Part shown: one piece after another, positions 31,246 to 45,556 of the stretch
How positions within the stretch are numbered: the first letter of the stretch is position 1
Layout: every line of letters starts with the position of its first letter
The notes under the pieces: generated by a model
What the model was told of the DNA's origin: nothing
Seen by the model: only the letters and a program-made list of their open reading frames with translations
Database searches by the model: none
NCBI RefSeq assembly: GCF_964204645.1
Contig: NC_134028.1
Span: 16,561,653-16,625,652, forward strand
DNA from: Tubulanus polymorphus
Lineage: Eukaryota > Animalia > Nemertea
DNA: 64,000 nt
Direction of reading: 5' to 3'
Program-made: the position numbers and the translations under genes

Positions 31246-34200
31246 CACTAACTATGAACAATAGCTGTGAGCCTATGACAAATGCTGCAAAAAACTCTTC
31301 TGGAAACCAATGAGGGGAAAGCCGTTAGTTGTGACTGCAATCAATGTAGAGATTGTGATGGCAATGAGTCGTGTTCAGGTGTCGTGAATATAAAAGGTTC
31401 ATCAATTCATGGAAACTACCACCAGGGCCATCCAAAGTACGGTATTCAATCTGGTAAGCAATGTGTAACAACTGCATTAGCTGCAATGATTCAGGCATCG
31501 AATAAAGCTTTGATAAACTGGACGCCTCATGATATTGATTTGGAATTGAATTCTGGGAACAATTTATATGCAACATTGACTAATATGAATGCAATTACAA
31601 ATAGGCCTATGTATTTATTAATTAGTGAACTACCAACTGCTGTTGGATTGGAAATTCAATTTATAATATCACTCTTGGAGCCCCTCATGTAGCTATATCT
31701 AAATTAACTGATGAAATGAGAGCTGGGAATTTTGGAATTATCCGTGAATTAAGTGAATGTTTACACAATATTTTACTTAAATACAACTCATTTTTTATAA
31801 CATTTGCAGGAAATACATTTTGTGTTTTGAAACAGGCTGATGTGTACTGGGTATTTGATTCTCACTCAAGAGATGCATCTAGAATGATGATACCTAATGG
31901 ACATGCTATGATAGTGAGGTACTCATGTATTAATTGTATTGTCAAACATTGTCAGAATCTTGCAGCTTCGTGCAATTTCTTACACGATCTGTGGAACTGA
32001 GCAGTATCATCGGGCTATACGCACCATAGTCTTGAAACATATGCAACAAAATGCTGCTAAATTCCGCCCACATTTGAGAAATCCAAATGTTACTGTAAAC
32101 GAGTATATTGATCAATCCCGTATGAAATATACAGGTACGTGGGTGACAGAGGTTGAAATATTAGCAACAGCGGATTTACTTCATACTGATATATACACCT
32201 ACAAAGACGATCGTTGGATACGATTTAATGGGTCAGCACTTATCCCATCTACTGATGCGTATGATTCAAATGGCAACATTTATTTGAAAAATTGCAGAAA
32301 TGTGCACTATGAAGTTGTGTTGTGTGTCAAACGTCATGTGACAACCAAATGCTCATGGTGCGGAAAATTGCAAAACTCGGAAGGTAAAAACGCAGCAAAA
32401 AAACGAAAAGAAAATCAAAGATATCAAGAGGACTCGTGCTTCCGGGCATTGAAAATATCTTGTGCCCTGAGAAAATACCATAATGATACCGAGTACCAAG
32501 AGAAGGTGAAGATGAAATGGTCTGAAAAATACAGAAATAATGTTGAATTTAGAGATAAAGCCAAGTTTTGTAGTATGGAGAAATACAAACATAATGAACA
32601 GCATCGAAACCAAGTCAAATCTTCTAGTGTTGCCAAATATCAGAATGATGAACAGCATCGAAACCAAGTCAAAACTTACAGTGTTGACAAATATCACAAT
32701 GATGAACAGCATCGCAGTAAAGTCAAAACTTATATAGCGTTGACAAATATCAGAATGATGAACAGCATCGCAATACAGTTAAAAGTCTAAGCATTAACAA
32801 GTATGCAAGTGATCCTAAAATAAAGGAAATTGTTCTCACCTCAACAAGATCACGTCGCGAAAATGAAAAATTGAAAAAGAATGACATCAACCACGTGATC
32901 TGTGAATTTCGACGTGTCTCTAAAGACGGTCCTGAATATGTCTGCTCTGTGTGTCATCGACTCTTGTTCAGAAATCAAGTTAAAGAATTTATTGAAAACA
33001 ATTACACTACTCGTGGACCTACACATGCTGAAGTTGCGCGGAAATGTATAACATATACATATCTACATGCCTGTAATCAGGATTGTTCAGTACCATGCAC
33101 CATGAAAAATGTACCCTCAATTAAGCAGTGGATTTGTCATAATTGTCATAATAAGTTATTGATGGCAAAGATACCATGTGAGGCTGCTTGCAATAATTTG
33201 AAGTTAGATACAGTTCCAAGGGAATTATCAAATCTGAATCCATTGGAAGAGCATCTTATTGCAATAAACATTCCATTTATTAAGATGATCGCTTTACCAA
33301 GGCAAGGGCAGCATGGTTGTCATGGGCCTGTTGTGTGTGTGCCAAGTGATGTAAAAAAAACTACTACAATTTTACCTCGTGATTCATCTGATGATCAAAT
33401 GATGAAAGCTAAATTGAAACGCAAACTGACGTACAAGGGTCACTATCAGTATCAGTTTGTCGACCAGAAAAAAATCATGGATGCTCTTACCACTTTAAAA
33501 TCTTTCAATACACACTATCATGACATTGAACTGAACCATAACTGGACTAACTGTCTCGAAAAAATTGATGAAGAATCAGCATTTGAAGTGCTCTCAACTA
33601 ATGAATTGTCAACCAATATAGTGGAAAGCTGCGTGGATTCCTTATCTACTGATAAGAGTCAAACGGATATGGAAACGAATCGAACTGATTCACAAGAAGA
33701 AACCGATGCCGAAAATCTACACGGAATGTATATGAATTCATGTCTACAGCCAATTGATATTGGTCTGGTCAAGAAATTCTTGATGCACACTTCAATGATA
33801 TTTTGTGCCTTGCACCAGCTGAAAATAACTGCCCAATACAAATATTAACTGACAAAGAAAATGAAGCCAAATCATTCCCCACATTGTTTCCTAATGGAAG
33901 ATTCACTTATCATGATGTTCGGGATGAACGAATCACTCAGTGTTGGATTGGATAGTCTAAGAAATATGGAAGATGTGAATGATATCTTTAAGCATAATGA
34001 TGGCTACAAATTTTTGAAACCAATAAGAGGAACACCACCATTCTGGCAGGCTGCTCAGAAAGACTTATTGGCTATGGTTCGACAATTAGGTGTCCCTACA
34101 TTTTTCCTGTCATTCTCCGCTGCTGAAATGAGATGGGACGAACTTTTAGAAGCTATAATGCGAATCGATGGATGCAGTAAACTAGTTAGTGAATTGTCAT

Positions 34201-37200
34201 GGTCTGAGAAATGTGGTATTTTGAGACGCAATCCTGTCACTGCTGCACGTATGTTTGATCACAGATTTCATATATTCCTTAATGATGTTATCAAATCCCC
34301 AGCACAACCTATTGGTGATATTCAAGACTTTCTTTATCGAGTTGAATTCCAGATGAGAGGCAGCCCACATGTACATGCACTAATATGGGTAAAAGACGCA
34401 CCTAAATCAGGAATTGATGACGACGCTGATGTCACTGCATTTGTAGATCGATATATCACCTGTGAATTACCTCATGAATCTTAGGATCCTGAACTACATG
34501 AAACTGTAACCAGCGTCCAAATGCACAGCAAAAGACACTCAAAATCATGCCGCAAGAAAGGTACTAAATGTAGGTTTAATTTCCTGAAGAATCCTTCATT
34601 ACAAACATTTTTGACTCGAGAAAGATATGAAACCCCACCACCAACATGTACTGATGAATCAGATGATGAAGAAAATTAAATGAACAAATTGAGGCAGCTA
34701 GCAATACTATGAGTCCTGATCGAGCAAAAGAAATATTACAAAACGTATGGGAATTGCTGAACAAAGAAAACACTGATTTAACAACTACAGAATCACTATT
34801 CAGATCAATTGGTATCTCACAGGATATGTTTGAAGAAGCTTATCGTAGTTTATCGCGTAAGAATAGTGTTGTTTTGAAAAGGGAACCAAATGAATGTTGG
34901 GTAAATCAATATAATCCATCATTATTGAGAGCTTGGCATGCTAATATGGATATACAATATGAGACTGATGCATTCGCATGTGTAGTATACATTGTATCAT
35001 ACATCTCAAAGAGTGAACGAGAAATGGGTCTTTTATTAGAACACACGAAAGCGGAGGCTGCAGATAATAATCAAAGTGCTAAACAAGCCATGAAATCTTT
35101 AGGTTCAACTTATCTCCATAATCGTGAGGTGTCGGCTCAAGAAGCAGTTTATCGAGTTTGTAATCTTAAAATGAAGCAAGGATCCCGAAAAGTTCAGTTC
35201 ATTCCTACTGGTGACAATATCATTAAATTAAGTAAACCTCTGAGCGTATTACAATCTAAAAACGCTAGTCAGGATTTGACTGATGATGATGTATGGATGA
35301 CTGGCATCGTAGAACGATATCAAAATCGACCAGATGATGAGGTATTTGAACAAATGTGTCTGGCTCAATTCTGTTCTGAATATCGGATTCTTGCAAAATC
35401 TCAAATGAATGACAGCAGCATAGCATTGAAAAATGAGAGTGGATATATCAGAAAGAGAACAAACACAGCTCCAGCTGTTGTCAGGTATGCTAGATTTTCA
35501 AAAACAAAACATCATCAAACCAGTCTACAATTATTTCTGCCATATCGTTGTGATGAACAATTAAAACCACTAGGTTTTGAAACATTCGAAGTTTTCTATG
35601 AAACCGGACATGTATGTATAGGTTCAGCACCATTAACAGCTGTTAAACATATTGTAGACAAACATCGCAGTTGGTTCGAAGCAGATATTGAAACATTTGA
35701 CATGGCGCAACAAATGTTGAATACAAATGATGAGTACGAGGATGCGTGGGCACAAATTGCACCGGAATGTGAACATGATAGACATGAGGCAATTGCTGAA
35801 TCTCAGCCTAATTCACACGTTGACAATGAAAATGATCCGAATGATATACCTGACTTACAGAATTCCACAGAACAAAATCACCAGGAAACTATGCAATCGA
35901 GAATTCAAATTCGTCCCTCTCAAAAGACGCTGCGTGGAAAATAATTCGATCGTTAAACAATCAACAGAAAGATGTATTCTATAAAGTAAGACAGTGGTAT
36001 ATTGATATTCGTAATGATCAGAACCCTGAACCAGTTCATGTATTCGTAACTGGTGGAGCAGGTACAGGAAAATCCCATCCGATTAAAGCTATCAATTATG
36101 AGGCATCAAGAATTCTTGCTCCAACTGCTGAAAACCCTGATGACATAACTGTTTGTTTGACTGCACCAACAGGTGTCGCCGCATACGATATCGGAGCTAC
36201 TACAATTCATAATACATTTGCAATTAACATTGGAGTATGTAGCTTTGAGCGATGACAAAATATCTGAATTGCGTGTGAAGTTCAACAGTCACCAAATAGT
36301 GATAATTGATGAAATATCTATGGTTGATCATAATATGCTTGGTTATGTACACGGCAGATTGAGACAAATAAAACAATGTCCTGATTATTCTCCATTTGGT
36401 AATGTCAGTGTTATAGCTGTGGGTGATTTCTATCAACTGCCTCCAGTCAAAGGTAAACCACTTAATTCTCCGCCTGATAACGGTGTTGATTTATGGACTG
36501 ATGTATTTGAAATTGTAGAATTACAAGAAATAATGCGTCAAAAGGGTGGTGAATTTGCAGCAATTTTGAATCGACTAAGAACAAAAAAGAAAGAAGACAT
36601 CCTAACAGATACAGATGACCCTTCGATGAAAGCAAGAGTTACAGGTGAAACCAGCACTTCTGCTTTAGGTATATACTCGACGAACAAACAAGTGGACGAC
36701 GTTAATACAGCCATGTTGACAGAGAATTGCACCAACATTGTTGAGATTGCAGCACATGATTTGACTAAAGATCCAAGAACTGGCAGATTGATAAAAAAAG
36801 TTAACTACTACATAAGCAATAAAAGCTTGTCATTAGCGAAAAGCTTACTGTTAGCCATTAATGCAAGAGTTATGCTGACTAAAAATATCAATGTTTCAGA
36901 TGGACTAGTGAATGGAGTACTCGGCACTGTGTCCCATATATCATTTGGTGATAACCAGGAATGCACTACAGTGTATGTGATTTTTGATGATAAAAAAATC
37001 AGTAAAGAACTACGTAATTCGTATTGTTTCTGATTTGCCTGAAAATAGTACGCCAATAGTACGAGTTGAGGAATCAGCAATGAAAAAGGCGTGCGTCGTC
37101 AATTCCCTTTGAAATTAGCTTGGGCCTGTACAGTTCATAAAGTTCAAGGAGTTACAACACAAAATGCTGTAGTGTCGTTGAAAAAGATTTTGTCACCTGG

Positions 37201-40200
37201 ACAGGCATACGTAGCACTGATTCGAGTGACATCTATTGAAGGATTAGTTATTGAAGATTATTCACCCAAAGCAATTTTTTGCAATAAGCTGATTAAACCT
37301 AGCATTGAAAATATGACTCAGTTCATACAAACTGAAAATGATCTATGTAACGAGTGTATACTCACTATGGCTCTACATAATACTGAAGGTTTACCCGCCC
37401 ACTATAATGATATCGCTAATGATGAAAGGCTTTCAGGAATAGATTATATTTGTGTCACTGAAACCTGGTTAACTGATGATCACAACAGTGTCGACATTCA
37501 GGGATATGACTTCCACCATCAGACAAGATCTATGAGTTATGATGTTGATCATGAACTGCAAACACAGATTCACGGTGGTGTTGGAATTTTTGCAAAAATA
37601 ACATCAGAATATGACCAGATTCCACTTCAAACTAAAAATATTGAATGAATAGCCATAAAGGATCACAAAACCGGAATAGCATTTGCAGTCATATATCGTC
37701 CTCCTTCTTACAATGTAACTCAGTTCAAAGTGGCTCTGAGAGATGTTATTCGTGAATTAAAATCACATTCCGATCAAATAGCTATTGTTGGTGATTTCAA
37801 TGAAAATATATTAATATCATCCAGTGTTGCAAATATGCTTGAAACATTTGGATATACACAATGCGTTACTATGCCAACCACCAATGCTGGAACACTTGTC
37901 GATCATGTTTATGTCACTGGTTTTGCGCGACCGCACGTTCATATAGTACCCATGTTCTACAGTCATCACGATATAGTTTCCCTAGGATTTCACACCAATT
38001 AAATGCACTGTAATTTTTCTCCAACAGGAATCAGACCACCGAAGCGCGGTTTCACTCTGACCTTCCAAATCTATGAATGTACATGTATTTAAAATGTATT
38101 TTCAGAGCAAAGCTGTTGATATTGATTACCAGAAGATGTTATCATATAAATGGATCGTGATCGCAAAGAAAATGAATATTCATGACAGATTGGCATTTAC
38201 CACCAACAAATTATTGGTAATTACAGCTAATTTTTCAATATTGCTTTTGTTTATACAAAACGATTATTAGAAAATAACATATTCTTATACATATTTATTA
38301 ACTTCCTATATTGAAAAATGTTTATGCATACTAATTTTTAATGTTTTCTACAGCAAAATTATTTTTTTGATATGGCTCATTATGAAATTAAAGTCTGTGA
38401 TACTATTCCAGAGATGATGATACACCATCCTGCAAACACACACGTCAAACTAGGCAACTGTCTTCCGAGCGTCATATTTAGAACCAGATGAGACTACCTC
38501 CTATGGGATACTACCTGAACTAGAATGAAATAGATAAATTGTAAATATATCAATAACTTGATGATATAATGATACAATAGATACCAGTAAATTGTCATAA
38601 TTGACTAATTAGCTCCACCTTTAATCTGTGCCTCCCTGATTGTGTTTAAGTGGATTCAATTGTAAATAGATCAATAATATGCAAATAAGACTATAGGATA
38701 ATTTAGATTTCGTTACATATGTATTGACCAATCAAAGAAACAATGTTTATTTTCCAGACAATTTGTTAAACAGATTATGCTTGCTCAGATGATCAACACC
38801 TTATGAACAACCTGTGAAATCAAATAACATCTGGATGACTTAATTAAAACCTCAATGGACTGACACTGTCCATTGAGGTGTAGCTGTCCCACCTTAAATG
38901 GACAGTTGCACGCAGCGTGACTAGCTTTGCCTATGTCGCATGCATTAGGTTGGTGCAGTGACTTAACATCACTCACCAGCTGCTAAACTATAAGTTCTTC
39001 CATATTGAAGAACATGCATTGCTTCCACAATTTATAAGAAGGTAAGTTAGATGTTCCTGCTGTTTAAAGGATTTAATAACTACCACTGATTACTTAATTA
39101 TTGACCTTTTTCAGCCCTCGTTAAATAAGCTATTCAAGAGGTTCAATAATTGTTCATATCATCTGTCTGACTGCAGTATCTACAAAACATGCCGCTTACA
39201 TCGATGAATCTTATCCATTAATGCCTCCACATGGTAAAATACGTAGCAGTGATAAGATAGATCGATGCATGTGGAAAATGGGAAACATCGTGATTTCTGA
39301 AAGGTAAACTTTTGTGTGAAAAACTGTGCAGGTTTTCAATACTACATTTGTATGTGAAATCTTTTGAAAATTCTTGCCATCAGATAAATTTCTCTGTAGT
39401 TTTCCTTATAGGCTGTATACCGGTATATTCTTCTATCTCTAGGCTCTGCTTTCGCCCTAGATAGTGCATAGTACATGAACATTACGTGGACTAGTGTCGG
39501 TCATTAATTTGTGGACCCTAATTATGACGGAAATTTTCATATTGTGTTTAATCATGTTGAACTATGCACTTCTAGCATATAACCATAGAAATCCCCTTAG
39601 ATATACATTTATACCTAGATACACCGTCAACATCAGGAATTCATGATTTTGGCGATATGTCAGTAAATCGGGATTTTGTAATACATGTATGTTATTACAG
39701 GTGTTCCGTATTTTGAAAAATTATGGTGATTAGCGGGGCTGGCGGTGTATCGACACAAGACTATATACCCTTTTGAAACATTTTGTGTGAAAATGTGCAA
39801 AAATTCTGTTTTTGGAATGAAAAAATGTAAAATCCTGCTTCCTTCGTGTGATTAAATGTGATAAAAGTGACAAATGGCACTGTAAAAAATATGAAATCTT
39901 CAAAATCTTGCATCTGATATCTGAAATGCAGTGGAACGTCATTATAACAAACTTTGATACAATGATACATCGGATAATTTCGTCCCAAATAAGACAATTT
40001 CATTAATTTCACATTGAATATAACGTACTATCAATTTTAACGAACATTTTCTGGTCCCGTGAAGTTCGCTGTAACGAGGTTCCACTATAGTCCTATTCTA
40101 TCAAATTGAAGTTTGTGGAATATCTTTTCCACTGGTTACTTTTCCACTGGTTACTATACATATCGATCTAACTTTCAGATAAGATCAACATCTTTATAAT

Positions 40201-42314
40201 ATTCTACATATTGTACTGCTTCAACCAGTTTGACCTCGCAACCTGATCTTGGCATAGTCCAAGATGCCTACACCAACATTATACGGTGATACCTACAACC
40301 CGACACCAACTAACTACTGTGGCATATATGCATAAATGTAATTTTGTACGTATTCCTAAGATGGGCCCATTCAAGTCATGTGTCTGATATGACTATAAAT
40401 CAGGTAACTTATAATGTCTAATTATTCTCTACTGATGATATACACACTTGTGTATTTTAATTTCTCCTTAGCTCACAATCTATCTGCGACTAAGATATTA
40501 TCTTTTACCTTTATCATTTCAGCAATAAACAAGCATCTCAATTCATCTGCAACTAAAATATTATCTTAATACTAAATTAAACTATTAATTTTGTCATTTC
40601 AACAATTAAAGAGCTTTATGTATGTATCCCTGCAACACTCAGTCGACTAAACTGATATAGAAGCATTACATGAACTTTTGTAGACCGAATGTGAGAACAT
40701 TATTTTCAATGTGACAACTTCTTGCTGACTTGGAACATATCTTGTCTTAAGTTTCATCTGACAGACATCTACAATCCAGCAAACAAGATGTACATATCAA
40801 ACTAAGAATACGTCCATACGCTTTATTCATGTTTTCAATTTGAAATACTTTTTATCTGATTTATCAGTACATATATTACATTATGTTCATCTTTCAGTCT
40901 GATCTGTATAGTTACGGTAATACATTGTAAATAATTTTTGTTTCCTTTTTTTGTCTCCATTGAAGTTTACTTGTTAATTAATTATTGCGCATCCTCAAGA
41001 AACATACATGTTATAGTGTAGTTTATACTAATTGATAGATGGAATGAAATATTTTTCAATTTTCCTATCTATAAACAAACCTGTTATGTCAATCTGATGC
41101 ATAATTGTACATTTTCCCTTAGGATTTTCTTAGGACATTGTGCACGTCAACTCCACAAGTATTTGAATTTTGACACTCATTTATATTTACGGATAGCTTG
41201 TGTTGGAATTGGTTAACTTATATTAAGAACTAGTTTATTTCTACCTTATCGATCGTTCTAATAAAGGTAAACTTAAATTACTTTCACGTTTCATTTTTAT
41301 TTGTCATTTACAATTTTGAAAATCTTAGGACATCAACTTATCATCGTCCTATCTCCTAGCGCAATCCGTAGCCATTGCTGCCACATATATTGGCGCCGCC
41401 ACACTGAGGTCAAACTTCAACTTTCTTGTTTTATAGTTCTATGGTTTAACTAAGTTTCGACCTGTCAAAAGGGGTTTGCTCCGATAATTCTGTGACCTTG
41501 ACCTTCGTGGTGAGTACACGAACTAATGTCAATCAACCCACGTTAATTCCACGTGTGCCTTTGGCTATAATTGGCTATATTTATTAGCGCGTGTGTATCA
41601 CGTTTTTACCGCCGGTACCTCGATTCAGCTGAGCACATTTTCTATCCTACTTGTAGTCGTATTCTATCAACTTTAAAAGCTGTCAACAGTCATAAGACCA
41701 GGTAAGATTGTGTTAGAAGCTCTATGAAGTTGTATCGATTCATTCCCTCATTAGCCAAATATTTTTTGGTTGTTTGACTTTTGTGTACAGAAAAAAAGCC
41801 TATATTTGCTTAGGCCTATACATATAGTAACCCATATAGTTATAGGCCTACTAACTCGTACTCTGTCTCTAGTATTTTTATTGGTACTTCCTACCCAAGT
41901 CGTTCTCACCGGCGAATCAAAATGTGTACTTGCAATCTATCTAATGTCTATTTCAACAAGGCCTACCAGATAAAAGTCTTATTAGGCCCAGAAAGGACTG
42001 GCAGTTGACCCAAAACATCGATTTTTAATCCATTATTGTATTGAAATATTGCCAAAAAGTCTTCATTGAAGGGGTTGAAAAGAGAAAAGTGACTCCTTGA
42101 TTTGAATGTTTAACAAGGTCAATACGTGTATACATGCCTACAACTTCATACCAAACTTCATTTGGTAGGCATGGAGATATATTGTTAAAATTTCAAATCA
42201 TAGAGTCACTTTTCTCTTTTTTGGCCCAGCAACCTACACACACGTAAATTTCGAAATATAATCCATTTATTAATGGATGAGACCTGTTTTTCTGGGATAT
42301 TTTGCTTAATTACT

Positions 42315-42768
42315 TTTTGGGGTACGTACCTCTTTTATGTCATGACAGAATGCCAAAAATCGCGGACACCAACTTAATATCCAATATCATTCCACCAGTT
42401 CTGTTCAAATTAGGCCCTAAAACAATTCACTATGAGTCTCCTTTAATCCAGTTGAATATGAGAGAAATTCCTCCATTTTGTGAAATTTTTTGAATGTGAA
42501 CATTGTTACCATGCCTACGCCACCCTGATTTAGTTGTTGAGACCCCTCAAGAAAAATAACTTCATTTCGTAGGCATGGTGACAATGTAAATATTCTAGAA
42601 ATTCACAAAATGGAGGATTTTCTCTCTCATTCAACTGGATTAAAGGAGACTCTTTTCCAATCCTTCTAATTGGTACAGAACTTGAATAAATCAGGTATTC
42701 AGTTGTTGTCCACGACTTTTTTGGCACTCTGTTAGGCCTAAGACCTTAATGAGGTAAGTACCCCAAAC
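42315..42768. repeat. Degenerate fold-back/MITE
   Basis: 42433-42520 pairs with 42568-42652; outer arms TTTGGGGTACGTACCTC and GAGGTAAGTACCCCAAA. Confidence 0.65.
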
Positions 42769-44079
42769 AGCAAACTAGAAAACCAGGGGAGTAGCAACCA
42801 AATAATTATTGGTCCGACATATAATATAAATAAATTATTGCATAAGCGCTAAAGGGTTCGGAGCGTACGTCAATTGGCAGCCGAAGGCAGCAGAAACTTT
42901 TGAAAATTGGCTATGTACTTATTTGGTGCATTCTAAGGAGTTTTCAAACCTGCAAAAATTAAATATGAACAAATCAGAAGAACCACCTTGGTAATTATTG
43001 GTCCGACATATGTCAGACCAACCGCACCGGTAGCTACGCCGCTGAAAAACTATGTTTTTTTTTTTAAACCTAATCTCGCCCCTCATGGAACACTCGGTTC
43101 GTGAATGAAACATCTTGTAATCGTCATACCTGTTCATCTTTCTAAACCATCGTTGTTACTCAATTGACCCATATCTCACTCTGAATAGTTATACTTTAGG
43201 CCTACTACAGCTTCAATATCATGTTTTTCAATTATTTTTACAGGTTGTTCTGTATTCTTAATTGTTCTGATTAAAGTGCAAAGAACAGCAAGAGGTAATT
43301 CTTACATTTCCTAAAATTCATTGTAATCTTTTGCTATTGCTTTGCTAAAACTTTGTATTGTATTTTCCATTGTTTCTTTTTTGCCCACTTGGCCCGTCCC
43401 AGCAGGCTATTGCGCTCACTTTTCGGCTATCCATCCGTGAATCCAGTTATTTTGCAAGTTTTGTAAATTCTATAAATTGTCTATTAATCTATAGGCCCCT
43501 ATCAATTGTCTTGATATTTATTTTATACATGTATCTACCCTAGATACATCCTTGGCCCAAAAATTGGCCGCTCAGAATCATGATGGCCAACTGGCGGTCA
43601 ATGTTGTTCACCAAAATCATCACCTTTTACACATTTTTGAAGTTTTCAAGTTATTTTGAAGACGCTTACATCTATTCACTTCAATTACAAACTTGTAAAT
43701 CATGACATGTTCTATTATTGTAGTTAGTTTTAATGTCATTAGTTTTTGTATATGGTCAACAGAGGGCATTGATTTCCTTATTATATTAATACCTAGGCAT
43801 ATTTTGTTCACACAATCACTTGCAAAGTTGTATCTCGTGACCTTTTATATGATTGTGCTGAGTTTCAAGGTCATTGGTTTCAGTATATATTCACCAAGGG
43901 ACATTGAATATTGAAATTTTCTGATTGTTGAACATTTCAAATGTCTTCCCAAAGTGGGTATCATGTCCCTGAACCCCTAGTTTGCTTTCTATATGATTTA
44001 TTAATTTTCCTATATAATTTATTAATTTTCAAAACTGCATTACACATTAACCTCTATTGCTGTGGATATTTATTTTAGG

Positions 44080-45556
44080 ATGTCTAATGTTGAGGGATAC
44101 GTCCATGATACTTTCCCAATGAAAACGTCTCGCTATAACGTTCGCTTTTTCAACGCTTTGATTCAGACGTCTGAGAACGAGTTTCATCCTGCAGTATTTT
44201 TCCATGCTGACAAGTCAAAAATGCAGAGGCCCACTCAACTCCTATTGCTTTGCAAAACGTTGACTTAGTACCTGGATTTCGTGACTCTTCAACATATGAT
44301 GTAAAATATGGAAAACAATCATCTGTGTCGGTGGTCAAAAAGCACCTTTCCTTCAACTACAATGCTTATGCGCAAAGGAGATTGTGACAGTCCAACATAT
44401 TAAAGATCGTATAAACTCAAATCAGAAGGTAAATCACTCCCAATACGTGTCAGTTTAATCAGATCCTTCAATGTACTAAACCTTCTGTTTTTAGCTCCAC
44501 TGTGATCTAATATCAGCTGAGCTGTAAGGTTATGGAATTAGCCATCATCCATCCATCCCTCTGTCATCACCTTTTATTTGCGTCACATTTCTCTCCATAA
44601 ATTTTCTTGTCACTTAGAACATTTTGTTCACGATCTTGGTTTGCTATCACACAATGAATTAATGAATCTTCCCTTTTCATAAAGGTATTTCATAACCCAT
44701 TTCATTTCCCTAAAATTAGCTATTATAGCCTATTTATCATTTTGAACATATGGCGCAATCTACCCACATTTGTGCATTGTTTCCAAATCTGAATTACAGC
44801 TGGCTCTTCATGTATAATCATTGTTTCTTATGCATTGTTGTTAATTGTTTGGTTCATATACCTTCTCTCTTAAGCAATTTTTTTATCATCTGTTTTCAGC
44901 TAAACATCATTGCTTCTGTAGTTGGTGAATACTCTGGAATTAAACGTATTGATGTTCGTGGTACACAAATGGACAAACAGTCCTTCACTATAGCTGATGA
45001 AACACATTCGATGGAATTAATTTTATTGGGTGACCATATCAGAGAGATTTCTACACCTTCATCATCTATTACCAAAGTTCAAGATCTACCTCGTTTGAAT
45101 TTTAAAATAGAGATACCTAAGGATAAAGTTATTACAGGTGAAACTAAAGAAGTTAAAGTCTCTAAGTCATATTCTTGTAACAATTGCAAAACTAAAATCT
45201 CAAGAACTGGTTGCAACATTTTGAAATGCAGCAACTGTGGAATGAAACAGTTACATTCTCGACTGAAATCCACCACCTGTGCTTTCTTGAATGTTATGAA
45301 TCATAAGATAAGGAGTTTTGATGAGACCCTGTCTAATTTCCTTACTCCTTTGACCAAGACTCATTTATTAGATAACCCTGATCTGTTAAAAGATTACTTC
45401 CTTGAATGTGGACCTATCACTATTCATGTATCTCATGACAATGTAGCCAGTGCTATTGTCCTCTCTACTGCTCCTACTAGTACATGCAGTACCATAATTT
45501 CTAACTCTGAAACTGTTGCCACTACTCCAACAAAATCATCCATAGCTAAAAAGTAA
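44080..45556 (+). pseudogene. RPA70-like OB-fold/Zn-ribbon ssDNA-binding gene with an intron (~44429-44899), probable Helentron accessory gene
   Basis: VEGYVH...FFNALIQTSE; KQSFTIADETHSMELILLGD; YSCNNCKTKI...KCSNCGM; AG|GTAAAT donor and TTTCAG acceptor. Confidence 0.65.

Larger units (their letters stand above)
29274..38002 (+). pseudogene. Helentron RepHel-EN polyprotein gene (spliced, many frameshifts): herpes-tegument-like deubiquitinase, OTU-like protease, Cys-rich region, HUH Rep, PIF1 helicase, AP-like endonuclease
   Basis: HQG...GKQC...FDSHSRD; LRAIS...GTW.TEVEI...HYEVV; VEFQMRGSPHVHALIW; [46 protein letters not shown]; CVTETWL, VGDFN, VDHVY, SHHD. Confidence 0.92.

Noticed and set aside
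30525-31248. Long minus-strand ORFs (223 aa hydrophobic; 219 aa His/Ser/Phe-rich)
   Set aside because: Antisense shadows of the 48-bp minisatellite.
42784-43044. Possible hAT MITE (CAGGGGAGTAGC...GCTACGCCGCTG)
   Set aside because: TIRs imperfect and no clean 8-bp TSD.
38073-43914. Many 60-85 aa ORFs as host genes
   Set aside because: No motifs and inconsistent strands; the region looks like introns/UTR with small repeat fragments.
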